The notes under the pieces: model-generated
Databases searched by the model: none
What the model was told of the DNA's origin: nothing
What the model saw: the letters and a program-made list of their open reading frames with translations, nothing else
NCBI GenBank assembly: GCA_044376115.1
Contig: JBILLK010000030.1
Location: 64,001 to 128,000, forward strand
Direction: 5' to 3'
DNA length: 64,000 bases
Origin: Polyangiaceae bacterium
Lineage (GTDB): Bacteria; Myxococcota_A; Polyangia; Polyangiales; Polyangiaceae
Shown here: one piece after another, positions 1 through 9,997 of the stretch
Layout: each line of letters opens with the position of its first letter
Position numbering within the stretch: the first letter of the stretch is position 1
Made by a program: the position numbers and the translations under genes

Positions 1-204
1 TAGCGGGCGACGCTGTCCCCCGGAGATCGCATACAACGCCCGCTTAGCGCGGGTGCGTTGCGAGGGCATCAAGTTATCGTGCGACCGCGAAGGCGAGCGA
101 CCGGCGCCCGTCAGCCTGGTTTCGGCGTTCGCCAGCCAAATAGCGCGGTTTTCTGCGGAAGAACGCTGATGTTGCGCGGGCATGAAAGCTGCGAAAGCGC
201 GGGT

Positions 205-882
205 ATGAGCACTTCGACCAATCAATGGATGCCGCGTGAGAAGGCCCTGACGCAAGGGCTTGAACGGCTGGGTGACAGCGACCTCTTGGCTTTGCTGCTT
301 GGCACGGGAACCGCCGGAGCCAGCGTATTCGAGGTCGCGAGCGGCCTGCTCGCGGAGCACGGCGGCGTGGAGGGGCTTTCGCGGTTACGCCCTCCGACTT
401 TGGCCGAGTCCAAGGGGCTCGGTCCGGCGCGCGCGTTGCGGCTCGCCGCGGCCTTTGAGCTGGGCCGGCGGGCGCAGCTCTCGGAGACGAGGCCGCGCAA
501 GCGAGTGAGTCGGGCCGAGGACGTCTCGGCCTACGTGACGGCCCAGCTCGGTAGGCTGGACCACGAGGAGATGTGGCTCTTGTGTCTCGACGGGCAGAAC
601 GGCGTGCGAACCTTTCGCCGGGTGGCCCAAGGCGGGCTTCACGGATGTTCTGTATCGGCCCGCGATATCTTGCGTTCGGCGCTGCTCGACGCAGCCTCGG
701 CGATCGTGGTTTGCCACAATCATCCGAGCGGCGACCCTACGCCCAGCCCGGCCGACGTGATGATGACGCGGCAGCTCTCGGAGGCGGCGGAACAGGTAGG
801 AATCGCCTTGGTTGACCACGTGATCGTGGCGCGCGGGCGATTCTCGTCGATGCTCGAGCTTGGAATCCTGCAGTGTGTCTGA
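205..882 (+). CDS. radC: RadC family (UPF0758) JAB/MPN-domain protein
   Basis: N-terminal MPREK..G...L.D.DLLALLL.TG, HhH-like GLGPARA..L.AAFEL, JAB motif HNHPSGDPTPSPAD and LVDHVIV; start moved to ATG 205. Confidence 0.92.
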   Translation: MSTSTNQWMPREKALTQGLERLGDSDLLALLLGTGTAGASVFEVASGLLAEHGGVEGLSRLRPPTLAESKGLGPARALRLAAAFELGRRAQLSETRPRKRVSRAEDVSAYVTAQLGRLDHEEMWLLCLDGQNGVRTFRRVAQGGLHGCSVSARDILRSALLDAASAIVVCHNHPSGDPTPSPADVMMTRQLSEAAEQVGIALVDHVIVARGRFSSMLELGILQCV

Positions 883-962
883 ACGTGCGGCCCTGCTCCG
901 GACGGCCGAGCGCAAGTCAGAGAGTGCCAAGCGCGTAAAATCTCGGTACCTTCTCCGCTCGA

Positions 963-2414
963 ATGACGCTCGACGCGATCCAATATTTTCCGAAGACGGA
1001 TGTCGGGCGGGTGCGCGATCTCAACGAGGACAACTACCTCGTCGATAAGAAGCTCGCGATCAGCCTGGTGGCCGACGGTATGGGTGGGCACGCCGCAGGG
1101 GAGGTCGCCAGCGCGATCGCCGTGCGTGTCATTCATCAGGAGATCAAGAAGCGGCAAGATCTGATCAAGGCCTACGGGGAAGGGCGCGTCTCGCGCGACG
1201 CCGGCCGGGAGATTCAGCATCTGCTGGAATCGGCGGTGTTGCGTGCCTGTTCCCGCGTGCACGAAGAAGCCAAGAGCGACGCCGCCAAACGCGGCATGGG
1301 CACCACGCTCTCGGCCTTGCTCGTCACCGGCGCTTACGGCTTCGTCGCGCACGTGGGGGACAGCCGCATCTACCTGCACCGCAACGGTAAGATCCAGCAG
1401 ATCACCGAAGATCACACCGTCTACAATGAGCTCGTTCGGCGCGGTCGTTTGACCAAAGAGCAGATCGAGAAGGTCGCCCAAAAGAACGCTGTTACGCGCG
1501 CGGTCGGTGTGTACGAGCGGGTCGAGGTGGATACCTTGATGATCGACCTGCTGCCGGGTGACCAGTTCCTGCTCGCCTCGGACGGCCTGCATGGCTACAT
1601 CAACCACGTTGCGGAGCTCGAGCCTTACTTCGAGGATGAGGACGGCGAGCGCGCTGCCACCGAGCTGATCGAGCTGGCCAACAACAAAGGCGGCAAAGAC
1701 AACATCACCTGCGTCCTCGTGCGCATCGGCGGCTCCGGTGAGGTCGCCTCCAACCTCGCGCGCAAGCTCGAGCAAAAGAAGCAGGCGCTGCGCAGCATGC
1801 CGCTGTTCTCGAAGCTGCACGAGCGCGAACTCTTGCGCATCATGCAGGTCGCCGACGTGCTCGAGTTCGGCCCTGGGGACTGCGTCGTACGCGAGGGAGA
1901 TCGCGGGGACGAGCTGTTCATCGTGATCGACGGCATGCTGGAGATTCTGCGCGGTGAGCAGGTGCTCTCGGAGGTCGGGCCAGGCGAGCACTTCGGCGAA
2001 ATGGCGCTGATTCGCAGCACGCCGCGTTCGGCCACGGTGCGCTCGCTGGACGTGAGCGAGCTGATCGCGATTCGGCGCAGCGAGTTCTTCTCGATCTTGC
2101 GCAAAGAGCACGAGCTCGCGGTCAAGCTGTTGTGGCAGTTCCTCGGCGTCTTGGCCGATCGTTTGGATCAGACCTCGCGTGATCTTTCCACCGCCAAGGA
2201 GGAGTTGGCCGCGGAAGATATTTCCGATGCGATCGCCGAGGACGTGGAGGAGACCTCGTCGGAGGCGCGTCTTTCGCTAGCGGATCGGCTGTTCGACGAG
2301 AACACGGCGCCCGAAGGGATGGCGCCGCTCAGCGCTGGCGTGCGCGGCTCTACGGAGAGCGGCGCGGCCCGCGATTCGAGCCCGCTCGGAGCCGGCGAAC
2401 CGACTGCGAAGTGA
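963..2414 (+). CDS. PP2C-type Ser/Thr phosphatase fused to a C-terminal cyclic-nucleotide-binding domain
   Basis: TDVGRVRDLNED, VADGMGGH, HVGDSR, LASDGL and GGKDNIT PP2C motifs; VREGDRGDELF and FGEMAL..TPRSATV cNMP motifs. Confidence 0.92.
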   Translation: MTLDAIQYFPKTDVGRVRDLNEDNYLVDKKLAISLVADGMGGHAAGEVASAIAVRVIHQEIKKRQDLIKAYGEGRVSRDAGREIQHLLESAVLRACSRVHEEAKSDAAKRGMGTTLSALLVTGAYGFVAHVGDSRIYLHRNGKIQQITEDHTVYNELVRRGRLTKEQIEKVAQKNAVTRAVGVYERVEVDTLMIDLLPGDQFLLASDGLHGYINHVAELEPYFEDEDGERAATELIELANNKGGKDNITCVLVRIGGSGEVASNLARKLEQKKQALRSMPLFSKLHERELLRIMQVADVLEFGPGDCVVREGDRGDELFIVIDGMLEILRGEQVLSEVGPGEHFGEMALIRSTPRSATVRSLDVSELIAIRRSEFFSILRKEHELAVKLLWQFLGVLADRLDQTSRDLSTAKEELAAEDISDAIAEDVEETSSEARLSLADRLFDENTAPEGMAPLSAGVRGSTESGAARDSSPLGAGEPTAK

Positions 2415-3757
2415 GCGGCTCGTTGCCTCCGCTGGGGAGGGCGTCGGTAGCCGCCGCGCTGCTCGCGACGCTCGGCGTTGCACCTGCGGCGTTGGCTGCA
2501 CCGCCGGCAACCCCGGCAACGCGTGAGCCGGTGCGCGAGCCGGTGCTGGCTTCGGAGCCGGTGGTGATGCGTGAGCCGGGCGAGCCGATGGTTTTGCCCG
2601 ACGCCGCGGATGAGCGCGACCCCTTCGATATCGAGTTGCAGCTGGGTTACCGCTTTTCGTTCGAGGGCGGGCTGCTCACCCGCGGGGAACAAGCCGCGGC
2701 TGCCTATGAGCGCTTTTCGTCGCTGCTCACGCCGGAGGTCCGCGTGGGTATGTTCCGCGATCTGGCCGGGTTTGTTCGCCTGCCGGTGCTCTTGGCCGAG
2801 ACCAACGAGATCGGCAAACGCGCAGGCGGCGGTGAGTCGATCTCGTTCCAGGGGGAGACCTTGGTCTCCTTTCCGTTTGCCTCGCCTGCGCGCAGTGGGC
2901 TCAAGAGCTTTGCCACGGGCTTTGCGTACGGCCTGATGAACCAAGCTCGCGATCCGTCCTTGCCCAGCTGGAACATCGGGCTGGAGGCGGAGGTTTCGAT
3001 CGGCGACCCGATCCGTGCGTGCGTGAAGCGACCCGTCGAGGGGGAGCTGGCCTGTGCCGACGCGGCCGACGTGAACCGCAACGGCGTTCGGGATGCGGGC
3101 GAACCAGCGCTTGAATCGGGGCTCGAGTCGGGGCTTACGCGGGAGTCCTTGACGTTGCGGCTGGAGAGCAAGCTCTCGCGGCGGATCCGTTTCGTGGAGC
3201 CTTTTGCCGGCGTTGGTGCGGCGGTGGAGCTGCCCTTCGCGAATAGCCCGCTGCTCCGCGAGGGCGCGTTCACGTTGCCGCCGGTGCACGCGCGCGCCGA
3301 GCTGGGCGTGGGCTTTTTGCCCTGGGAGAACCGCGAACGTCACAGCCGCGTTTGGCTCGATGTACGCGTGCGCGCGACCTTCGTCTCGCAGGGCCCGGAT
3401 ATTTCGCCCGCCTTCGATTTAGCCGGGGCGAGTTCGGCGCTCGCGCTGCGTCAGCCGGTGACGGTGGGCTCGCAGCAAGGCGTCCTCAACGGGGTGCTGA
3501 CCTCCGAGGCGCACGCGCGCATCGGCGGACTCACTTCGTTTATTTGGCGCGCCAGTCAGATCATTCGTTTCGGCGTCGACGTGGAGCTCGAGCACGCGAC
3601 CGCGCACAGCGTGGCGAGTGAGCTCTCGTGCAGTGAATCCCCAGGTTCTTGTGATGATCTGCATTACCGCGAGGCCCTGCATCGCGACGACGTCGAGCTT
3701 GGTGTTTCGAGCTCGGTCTCGTTCGGACTTGGAGCAAGTGGTGCGGTGATGTTTTGA
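2411..3757 (+). CDS. secreted, probable outer-membrane hypothetical protein
   Basis: GTG overlaps the upstream TGA; signal peptide; amphipathic beta-strand pattern; terminal Phe. Confidence 0.65.
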   Translation: MSGSLPPLGRASVAAALLATLGVAPAALAAPPATPATREPVREPVLASEPVVMREPGEPMVLPDAADERDPFDIELQLGYRFSFEGGLLTRGEQAAAAYERFSSLLTPEVRVGMFRDLAGFVRLPVLLAETNEIGKRAGGGESISFQGETLVSFPFASPARSGLKSFATGFAYGLMNQARDPSLPSWNIGLEAEVSIGDPIRACVKRPVEGELACADAADVNRNGVRDAGEPALESGLESGLTRESLTLRLESKLSRRIRFVEPFAGVGAAVELPFANSPLLREGAFTLPPVHARAELGVGFLPWENRERHSRVWLDVRVRATFVSQGPDISPAFDLAGASSALALRQPVTVGSQQGVLNGVLTSEAHARIGGLTSFIWRASQIIRFGVDVELEHATAHSVASELSCSESPGSCDDLHYREALHRDDVELGVSSSVSFGLGASGAVMF

Positions 3758-3786
3758 CGGCGACAGAAGTAAGGTATGGGGCGTCC

Positions 3787-4719
3787 ATGCAGTTCGTCGT
3801 CGAAGAGAGCGAAGCGGGCGTCCGATTGGACAAGCTCTTGACGAGCCGCCTCTCGGGTTTGGGCAGAGTCACCGTCAAGAAGCTGTTTGCCGAGGGCAAA
3901 GTGAACATCGTCAGCGAGGGCCGCAGACCGCGGCGCGCTGCCAAAGGCGATGTCGCCGTGCTCGGGACTACCTTGGAGGTCGAGGTCGAGACCACGTCCA
4001 CCGTGGCCGTCGCTGATCCGGAGGCCAAGCTGACGGTGCTGCTCGAGACCGAGCAGTTGGTGGTGCTCGAGAAGCCGTCGGGTCAACCGACTGCGCCGCT
4101 CGCTCCGGGCGAACGCGGCGCGCTCGCCAACGCGCTGGTCGCTCGTTACCCCGACGTCGCTTCGTGCGGCTTCTCTCCGCGTGAGCCCGGGCTTTGCCAC
4201 CGCCTCGACACTGACACCTCCGGCTTGGTGCTGGCTGCGCGCAACCCCGCCGCCTTCGAGGCGCTCACCGCTGGCTTGCGTGAAGGCCGGCTGGACAAGC
4301 GTTATTGGCTGATCGTCTCGGCGCTGGATCTGCCGGAGAGCGGGACGATCGAGATCCCGCTCGCGCCCCACCCGAAAGATCGTCGGCGCGTGCTGGCCTG
4401 CGTGCACCCGCGTGACGTCGAGCGGGAGAACCCGCGGCCGGCCACTACGCTGTGGACCAAGCTGCGTGAACACGGTGGATTGGCGCTGGTGGAGGCCCGT
4501 GCGCCCAAAGCGCTACGCCACCAAATTAGAGCCCACTTCGCGGCGATTGGCTTTCCCCTGTTGGGGGATGCGCTCTACGGCGGAGGCACCACCCACGACC
4601 TCAAGCGGCACGCGCTGCACGCGCATCGCATCGCTTGGCCGGGAGACGCGACGGTGGCGGCCTTCACGGTGACGAGCCCGCTGCCGGCGGACCTCGTCGG
4701 CCTCGTACCCGAGGCCTGA
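3787..4719 (+). CDS. RluA/RluD family pseudouridine synthase
   Basis: S4-like RLDKLL, EKPSG, catalytic HRLDTDTSG, HQIRAH, GDALYG, ALHA. Confidence 0.92.
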   Translation: MQFVVEESEAGVRLDKLLTSRLSGLGRVTVKKLFAEGKVNIVSEGRRPRRAAKGDVAVLGTTLEVEVETTSTVAVADPEAKLTVLLETEQLVVLEKPSGQPTAPLAPGERGALANALVARYPDVASCGFSPREPGLCHRLDTDTSGLVLAARNPAAFEALTAGLREGRLDKRYWLIVSALDLPESGTIEIPLAPHPKDRRRVLACVHPRDVERENPRPATTLWTKLREHGGLALVEARAPKALRHQIRAHFAAIGFPLLGDALYGGGTTHDLKRHALHAHRIAWPGDATVAAFTVTSPLPADLVGLVPEA

Positions 4720-4791
4720 GCGGCGCTCCCAACCTTCCGGATCAGCGCGCCGCAGCCTGACAACGCCGCCGATCTATGGCATGGACCGGCG

Positions 4792-5664
4792 ATGAGCGAC
4801 GAGGACGAAGAGGCCCGAGACAGTTCACCGCCTGCCAGCGCCAAGAGCGCCAAGAAGGGCTCGCGGCCGTCGGCGCACAAGAATGAGGAGCGAGCGGTAA
4901 CGGTGGAGGTCGCTGCGACCAAGACCAAGGCTCGCACGTTCACCGCCGCGCACTTGGCGATGACGTTGGTGGCCGGCATCGCGCTGGGCGGTGGCGGCAC
5001 CTTCATCGCGGCGAAGAACGGGCTGTTCAACCCGGCGAAAGATGCGGCGCAGAACCGCGACAAGCCCAATGCTTATGTCCCGGCCGCGCAATGGACGGTC
5101 AGGGAAGGGCCAGAGCACGCCAAGGTCACGATCGTCGATTTCAGCGACTTTCAATGCCCGCATTGCTCGCGCGTGGCCCCGCTGTTGAAGGAGCTCGTCG
5201 GCTCGTACAACGGCGCCGTGAGCGTTCACCTACGCAACTTCCCGTTGCAGATGCACGCGGACGCCGAGCCCGCTGCACGCGCGCTGCAAGCGGCTTCACG
5301 CCAGGGCAAAGGCAGCGAGATGAGCGAAAAAATGTTCGCCAATATGAAGGCACTCAAGCCCGAAGATTTGGAGAAGTACGCCGGGGAGCTCGGGCTCGAC
5401 GTGGCGAAGTTCAAAGCGGACTTCGAGAGTCAGGAGCTGAAGGATGAGGTCGCCAAAGATCTGCAGACCGGCAAAGACGCAGGCGTACGCGGCACGCCGG
5501 CCATCTTCATCAACGGCCTGCGTTACAACGGCGCGCGCACGGCAGAAGGCTTCAAGGCCGTGATCGACGCAGAGATCAAGAAGGCCGACGAGCTGATCAA
5601 GAGCGGCACGCCGATCGAGAAGGTCTACGAAACGATCGGTAAGAAGAACGCGCCGGGCAGCTGA
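4792..5664 (+). CDS. membrane-anchored DsbA/thioredoxin-domain protein
   Basis: FSDFQCPHC (CxxC), NFPL..H, GVRGTPAIFING; one TM segment. Confidence 0.88.
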   Translation: MSDEDEEARDSSPPASAKSAKKGSRPSAHKNEERAVTVEVAATKTKARTFTAAHLAMTLVAGIALGGGGTFIAAKNGLFNPAKDAAQNRDKPNAYVPAAQWTVREGPEHAKVTIVDFSDFQCPHCSRVAPLLKELVGSYNGAVSVHLRNFPLQMHADAEPAARALQAASRQGKGSEMSEKMFANMKALKPEDLEKYAGELGLDVAKFKADFESQELKDEVAKDLQTGKDAGVRGTPAIFINGLRYNGARTAEGFKAVIDAEIKKADELIKSGTPIEKVYETIGKKNAPGS

Positions 5665-5670
5665 GTCGGA

Positions 5671-5695
5671 GGCGTCTCCCGCGAGAGGAGGCGCC
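5671..5695. terminator. hairpin between convergent genes
   Basis: GGCGTCTCC...GGAGGCGCC stem (one G-U pair) between stops at 5664 and 5698. Confidence 0.4.
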
Positions 5696-5697
5696 GT

Positions 5698-6378
5698 CTA
5701 CTTCGGAATCACCGGCGCAATGCCCTGTCCAACCGTAGCGCCGTCCTTGCGAAAGATGAGCGTGCAGCCTCCTCGGCCGCCGGCGTTGGGGCTGACGGTG
5801 AGCATGAATTTGTCTTTGGGCGCAGCTGCTTTGACGAACACTTTGGCCAGCTCCTCGCACGTCGGCGGCGTGCCGTTTTGCACCTGGCATTGCACGAGCT
5901 GACCGTACTCGCTGCTGAGTTCGGGGCGCTTGACCGGGCGGCCCTCTTTGCGCGCGAGCTCCTTCTCGACTTTCGCCACCGCGTCTTCGAGCTTCTTGGT
6001 GTCGATCACGAACGCCTGCTCGCAACCTGCCTCACGTAGCTCGTCGGTCCCTTGCGCTGATTGCGCCTCGAGCATGACGGCGGCGACGTCTTTGAGCCCG
6101 CCGAGCATGCCGCCGAACTGCGACCACATGAAGACGCCGATGGCGATGCCCGAGACGAGGAAGCATGCCCCGCCGATCAGCAGCGCCAACATGCAGCCGC
6201 TCATCCCTTTCTTTGGCGCTTGCGGCGGGTAGGGCTGACCGTACGGAGGAGGCTGGGCGAAGGCTGGCTGACCTGGCGGACCATAGGCCGGCCCATAGGC
6301 CGGCTGCTGCTGCTGCCCGTAGGCCGGCTGCTGAGGGTGGGGACCTTGTGGCGCCGGCGGTCCACCGTGGGGGTTCAT
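5698..6378 (-). CDS. hypothetical membrane protein with Pro/Gln/Tyr-rich N-terminus
   Basis: PQ-rich tail, KKGMSGC followed by a TM helix, Cys-containing external domain. Confidence 0.75.
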   Translation of the reverse strand: MNPHGGPPAPQGPHPQQPAYGQQQQPAYGPAYGPPGQPAFAQPPPYGQPYPPQAPKKGMSGCMLALLIGGACFLVSGIAIGVFMWSQFGGMLGGLKDVAAVMLEAQSAQGTDELREAGCEQAFVIDTKKLEDAVAKVEKELARKEGRPVKRPELSSEYGQLVQCQVQNGTPPTCEELAKVFVKAAAPKDKFMLTVSPNAGGRGGCTLIFRKDGATVGQGIAPVIPK

Positions 6379-6391
6379 GCCGGCGAGGGTA

Positions 6392-9100
6392 CTACGGCGC
6401 GGGCTTCACCACGACCTCGAGTGCCGGGTTCGTAACGGCGCCTGGCCCGAAGGCGAAGTCGATCGGCTCGTTGTCGAGCCAGGCCGGGAGCAGGTTGTTG
6501 TAGAACGGGCTCTCGCGGTGAAGATCGGCACCACCGGGCAGTTGGTACTTCATGCGCGGTCGGTCGGGCCCGAGCTCCACGACGAAGCGCACCGAAGCGC
6601 CGGCCGCAAAGCTTAGATCCCAGGGATCGCCGACGTCGGGAAGCTCGCGCTGCGGGTTGGCAACGTTGACCGTGTAGAGCCCGCCTGCGGCTGCGTACGG
6701 ACCATCGTTGTAGGTGCCGATGCCGAAGCTGTCGTAGATGCTGCGCAGGCTGAGCGTGTGCAGCCGTCCCCAACGCCAATCATTCGGCTCGCCGGTGGCA
6801 GCGAGGCTGGCCGCGGCCAACGTTACCGCATAGCGAATCACGTCGCTGCGCGTCTCGCTGTTGTTGGGCGTCGTGACGTTGTCCCAGAGCAGCTCGCCGG
6901 AACTGAGCGTGTTCGGCGCTTTGAGCGCGCGCACCAGCAGGTGAATGTCGGCGCGATCGCTGATCGCGAGGGGCTCGGGCGCGAGCGCGCTGGCCGCAGC
7001 GATCTCATCGCCGAGGGCCGCTTCGGTTAGCGCAAAGAGCGTCACGTGGAAGGCGGTGCAACCGATGGACTCCGCCGTTTCGCTCGATGAACTCGCGTCG
7101 GGCGAGTTCTCCGGATCGTGACCGTCGACGCCGGTCGGGCAGCTGAACTTCCAATCGGTGAGGGCGTCCACCAGCTGTTGTTCTTGGCTGGTCAGCGTCT
7201 GGCCTTGCATCGCCTCCAGCACCGCAGGCACCACCACACTGCCGTAGAGCGAGTAGCTGTCGCCTTGCAGCGCCGTCATCGTCTCAAAGGTGTGGGCGTC
7301 GGCTCCGGCCTCGAGTTGATCGAGGATGCGCCGATTGCGCGTGCCCTCTGCGCGGGTGATGGCCTGCAGCGCGAGCTGGCCGTCGTTGAGCAGATCGCCG
7401 TCGGCGCTGGCGCCGGTGAGATCCTGATTGGCGGTCGCGATCGCGCCGGCCGCGGGGTTCTCGGCCTGCGGAAGTTGCTCCAGCGGGACGTAGCCGGCCC
7501 ACTCAGCGGAGCCGTCGCCGGGCAGCGGCAGCCACGGCGGTAGCGCGTTCGACGCCCACGGACGCAGCGGTACGCGCGAGTACGGATACCAGGCGATATC
7601 GCCGTTCAAATCCGCGACGACGAAGTTCTGACTCGCGGCCACCATCAGAGCCACAGCGTCCTTCGCTTCGGAGGTTGAGTTTGCGCGGGCCAACGCAAAA
7701 AAACCGTCGAGATCGGTGCCGCTGTCGTGAAGGTTCCAGCGCACGCTCAGCGCGGTTCCCGCGGCAGCGTCTTCCGCCACGATCGGCCCGTGATGCGGAA
7801 CCCAACGCAGCGTTTGTGCGACCTTCATGCCGGTGGAGGCATCATCGAACATGACCTCCTTCTCGATGATCGCCACCTCTTGGCCGTTGAAGAGCACCGA
7901 CGAACCGTCCTGCGATAGCTCTTCGACGTACACGTCGGAGAGGTCCCAATTGGCGGTGGTCACGCCCCAAGCGAGCGATTCGTTGTGACCGATCATCACC
8001 GCGGGCAAGCCCGGGAAGGTGCTGCCGGCCACGTGGAATTGCCCTTCTCCGGCGCTCTTGGCGTCGATCTCGACCGGGAACCAAATGGCCGGGTTGGTCA
8101 ACGCGAGATGCGGATCATCGGCGAGCAGCGCGTTGCCGCTCGTGGTGCGGCCGGGCGCGAGCACCCAATTGTTGGAGCCGGATTCGCCCGGTCGCCGGCT
8201 CTCGTTGCCGCTACCGAGGTGCGCGAGGCCCGCTCGTGCTTGGGCCAACAAGGCGCTGCGCGAAGCGTTGGGCAACTGCCACGGCGTGGGCGCAGGCGAG
8301 GGGGAGGGCGGTGCTGCGGCGAGTTCGGCGCTGGGCAAGGTGAAGGCAGCGAACACAGGCCGCGCCGAGAAGAGATCGGGCGCGAGCGCTGGATCGACGA
8401 AGGGCGTGAGCTCGGCGCGGGCGATCTCCGCTGGCGCCTTGTTCGAAAGATCGTGCAGCACGTAAAGCCCAACCGCGGCTGAATCGGCGGGCTCCCATTC
8501 GCGGATGCCGGCCTTCTCGATCAACGCAAAGTCGTACTCGGTGGTCAGCGTCGCGCCGTTGCGACCTTCACGCATATCGCCGAGCCAGGCGTTCACCCCG
8601 CGCGCATAGGCCTGCAAGTAGCCTTGCACCTCGGGGCTCGCGTCGCTCACCAACCGCTCTTCCAGCGGCTCGCCGTCGCGCGTCGAGAAGAAGCGGCGAT
8701 TGTCGAAGTCACGTTGCAACACCGTGGCTCCGGCCTTCACCAACGAGCCCAAGCGTCCGCGCACCGAGCTGCGCACGAAGTCCATGAAGAAGAAGCGATT
8801 GGCCGCATGGAAGTAGCCGAGGGCGGCGTAACAATCGTCGTCGCTGGCGCAGGCCAAATGCAGCAGCCCGTGCTCGTCGTAGGTTGCAGCGACTTCAGCC
8901 GAGAGTTCGGGGATGTTGACGCCGGTGGGCCCAGCGCCCCCGCCTCCGCCCGCACCCGTGCCACCTGCGCCACCACTACCGCCTGCACCCGAGCTACTCC
9001 CGCCGCTCGCTGATGTGTCATCGCCACACGCGGTCAGAGTCATCAGCGCTAGCAGCCCAACCCTCAAGCCGTTTCTTCGCAGCGAAGCTCTCATGGTCAA
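6392..9100 (-). CDS. penicillin acylase family (Ntn hydrolase, S45) lipoprotein
   Basis: lipobox LTAC; ALGYFHAANRFFFMD; GSNNW nucleophile motif; LADDPHL; HGPI; WRWGRLH. Confidence 0.92.
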   Translation of the reverse strand: MTMRASLRRNGLRVGLLALMTLTACGDDTSASGGSSSGAGGSGGAGGTGAGGGGGAGPTGVNIPELSAEVAATYDEHGLLHLACASDDDCYAALGYFHAANRFFFMDFVRSSVRGRLGSLVKAGATVLQRDFDNRRFFSTRDGEPLEERLVSDASPEVQGYLQAYARGVNAWLGDMREGRNGATLTTEYDFALIEKAGIREWEPADSAAVGLYVLHDLSNKAPAEIARAELTPFVDPALAPDLFSARPVFAAFTLPSAELAAAPPSPSPAPTPWQLPNASRSALLAQARAGLAHLGSGNESRRPGESGSNNWVLAPGRTTSGNALLADDPHLALTNPAIWFPVEIDAKSAGEGQFHVAGSTFPGLPAVMIGHNESLAWGVTTANWDLSDVYVEELSQDGSSVLFNGQEVAIIEKEVMFDDASTGMKVAQTLRWVPHHGPIVAEDAAAGTALSVRWNLHDSGTDLDGFFALARANSTSEAKDAVALMVAASQNFVVADLNGDIAWYPYSRVPLRPWASNALPPWLPLPGDGSAEWAGYVPLEQLPQAENPAAGAIATANQDLTGASADGDLLNDGQLALQAITRAEGTRNRRILDQLEAGADAHTFETMTALQGDSYSLYGSVVVPAVLEAMQGQTLTSQEQQLVDALTDWKFSCPTGVDGHDPENSPDASSSSETAESIGCTAFHVTLFALTEAALGDEIAAASALAPEPLAISDRADIHLLVRALKAPNTLSSGELLWDNVTTPNNSETRSDVIRYAVTLAAASLAATGEPNDWRWGRLHTLSLRSIYDSFGIGTYNDGPYAAAGGLYTVNVANPQRELPDVGDPWDLSFAAGASVRFVVELGPDRPRMKYQLPGGADLHRESPFYNNLLPAWLDNEPIDFAFGPGAVTNPALEVVVKPAP

Positions 9101-9259
9101 CCGTCTCCTTGGCTCGCCGGGAGCGGTCGAGCATGATGTAGTGAACTCGACTTCAAGGTCGCACTCAACTCCGCGGACTCTTCTCCTAAGTTGTTGATAT
9201 GAATGCCTAAATTGAGGCGTCTTCGGGCGTGACTCCGCAGCCCGTGGTAACTTCGCCCG

Positions 9260-9883
9260 GTGTCGCGTCGACGTACCTTGTTGGAGCAGCCCCCTCTGCC
9301 GAGCGCTCAGCGCGCCGACTCCGAACAGATCGTCGCAGCGGTGATCGCCGCCGCCATCGAGCTTGGGCCGCAGGCGACCTTGGCCGCCATCGCTGCCAAG
9401 GCGGGCGTCGGTGCCGCCTCACTGCATCGTTACTTCCCAACCACGGCGGCGATCTTCGCCGAGGTGTCGCGGCAGAGTTACCGCACGTTGCTCGAGCAGA
9501 TCCGCGCCCTCACGAACCGGGAAGACCTCGAGCTCTATGCGATGGTGAAGCTCGTCTGCCAGGCCGCCATCGACGGGCCCGGGCTTTCGCTCGAGCATCG
9601 CAGGCGGCTCAATCTCGAGCTGCCGCTGGCGTGGACCACGAGCACCGCCGAGCAGGTCTACGCCGAGGTGCTCGAGGCTGCAGCGGGGTGGATTCGCAAG
9701 CATGTGCGGCCGCCGCCTCAGGACCTCGAGGCGCGCGTGTTCGTTGCCTTCGCCAACATTCGCGGTGCTGTGCTGATGATGCTGATGTTCCCGTCGATCG
9801 CTCCACCGCGTGAGGCGCTGTTACCAGCGCTCGCCGACTCGGTGTTTCTAGCGCTCACCCTCGATCGACAAGTGAGCCAATAG
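9260..9883 (+). CDS. TetR/AcrR family regulator
   Basis: TLAAIAAKAGVGAASLHRYFPT HTH; divergent from the acylase. Confidence 0.85.
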   Translation: MSRRRTLLEQPPLPSAQRADSEQIVAAVIAAAIELGPQATLAAIAAKAGVGAASLHRYFPTTAAIFAEVSRQSYRTLLEQIRALTNREDLELYAMVKLVCQAAIDGPGLSLEHRRRLNLELPLAWTTSTAEQVYAEVLEAAAGWIRKHVRPPPQDLEARVFVAFANIRGAVLMMLMFPSIAPPREALLPALADSVFLALTLDRQVSQ

Positions 9884-9997
9884 CGACTCGCTTGGCGCTA
9901 GTTGTGCCAGCTGTGCCGCGCACGGCACCGAGCGAGCTACAAATTGGCGTGAATGCAAGGGCCTATCGCTGGCACGCGCGATGCTCAAGCAGCCTTC

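Noticed and set aside
720..2111. Long antisense ORFs here and at 2168..3343, 26549..28087, 33344..34540 and 62881..63972
   Set aside because: Shadow frames of well-supported opposite-strand genes, as expected in high-GC DNA.
205..2414. JAB protein beside a cNMP-domain protein as CBASS/Pycsar-type defence
   Set aside because: It is the full-length chromosomal RadC form; there is no cyclase or E1/E2, and the neighbours are housekeeping genes.
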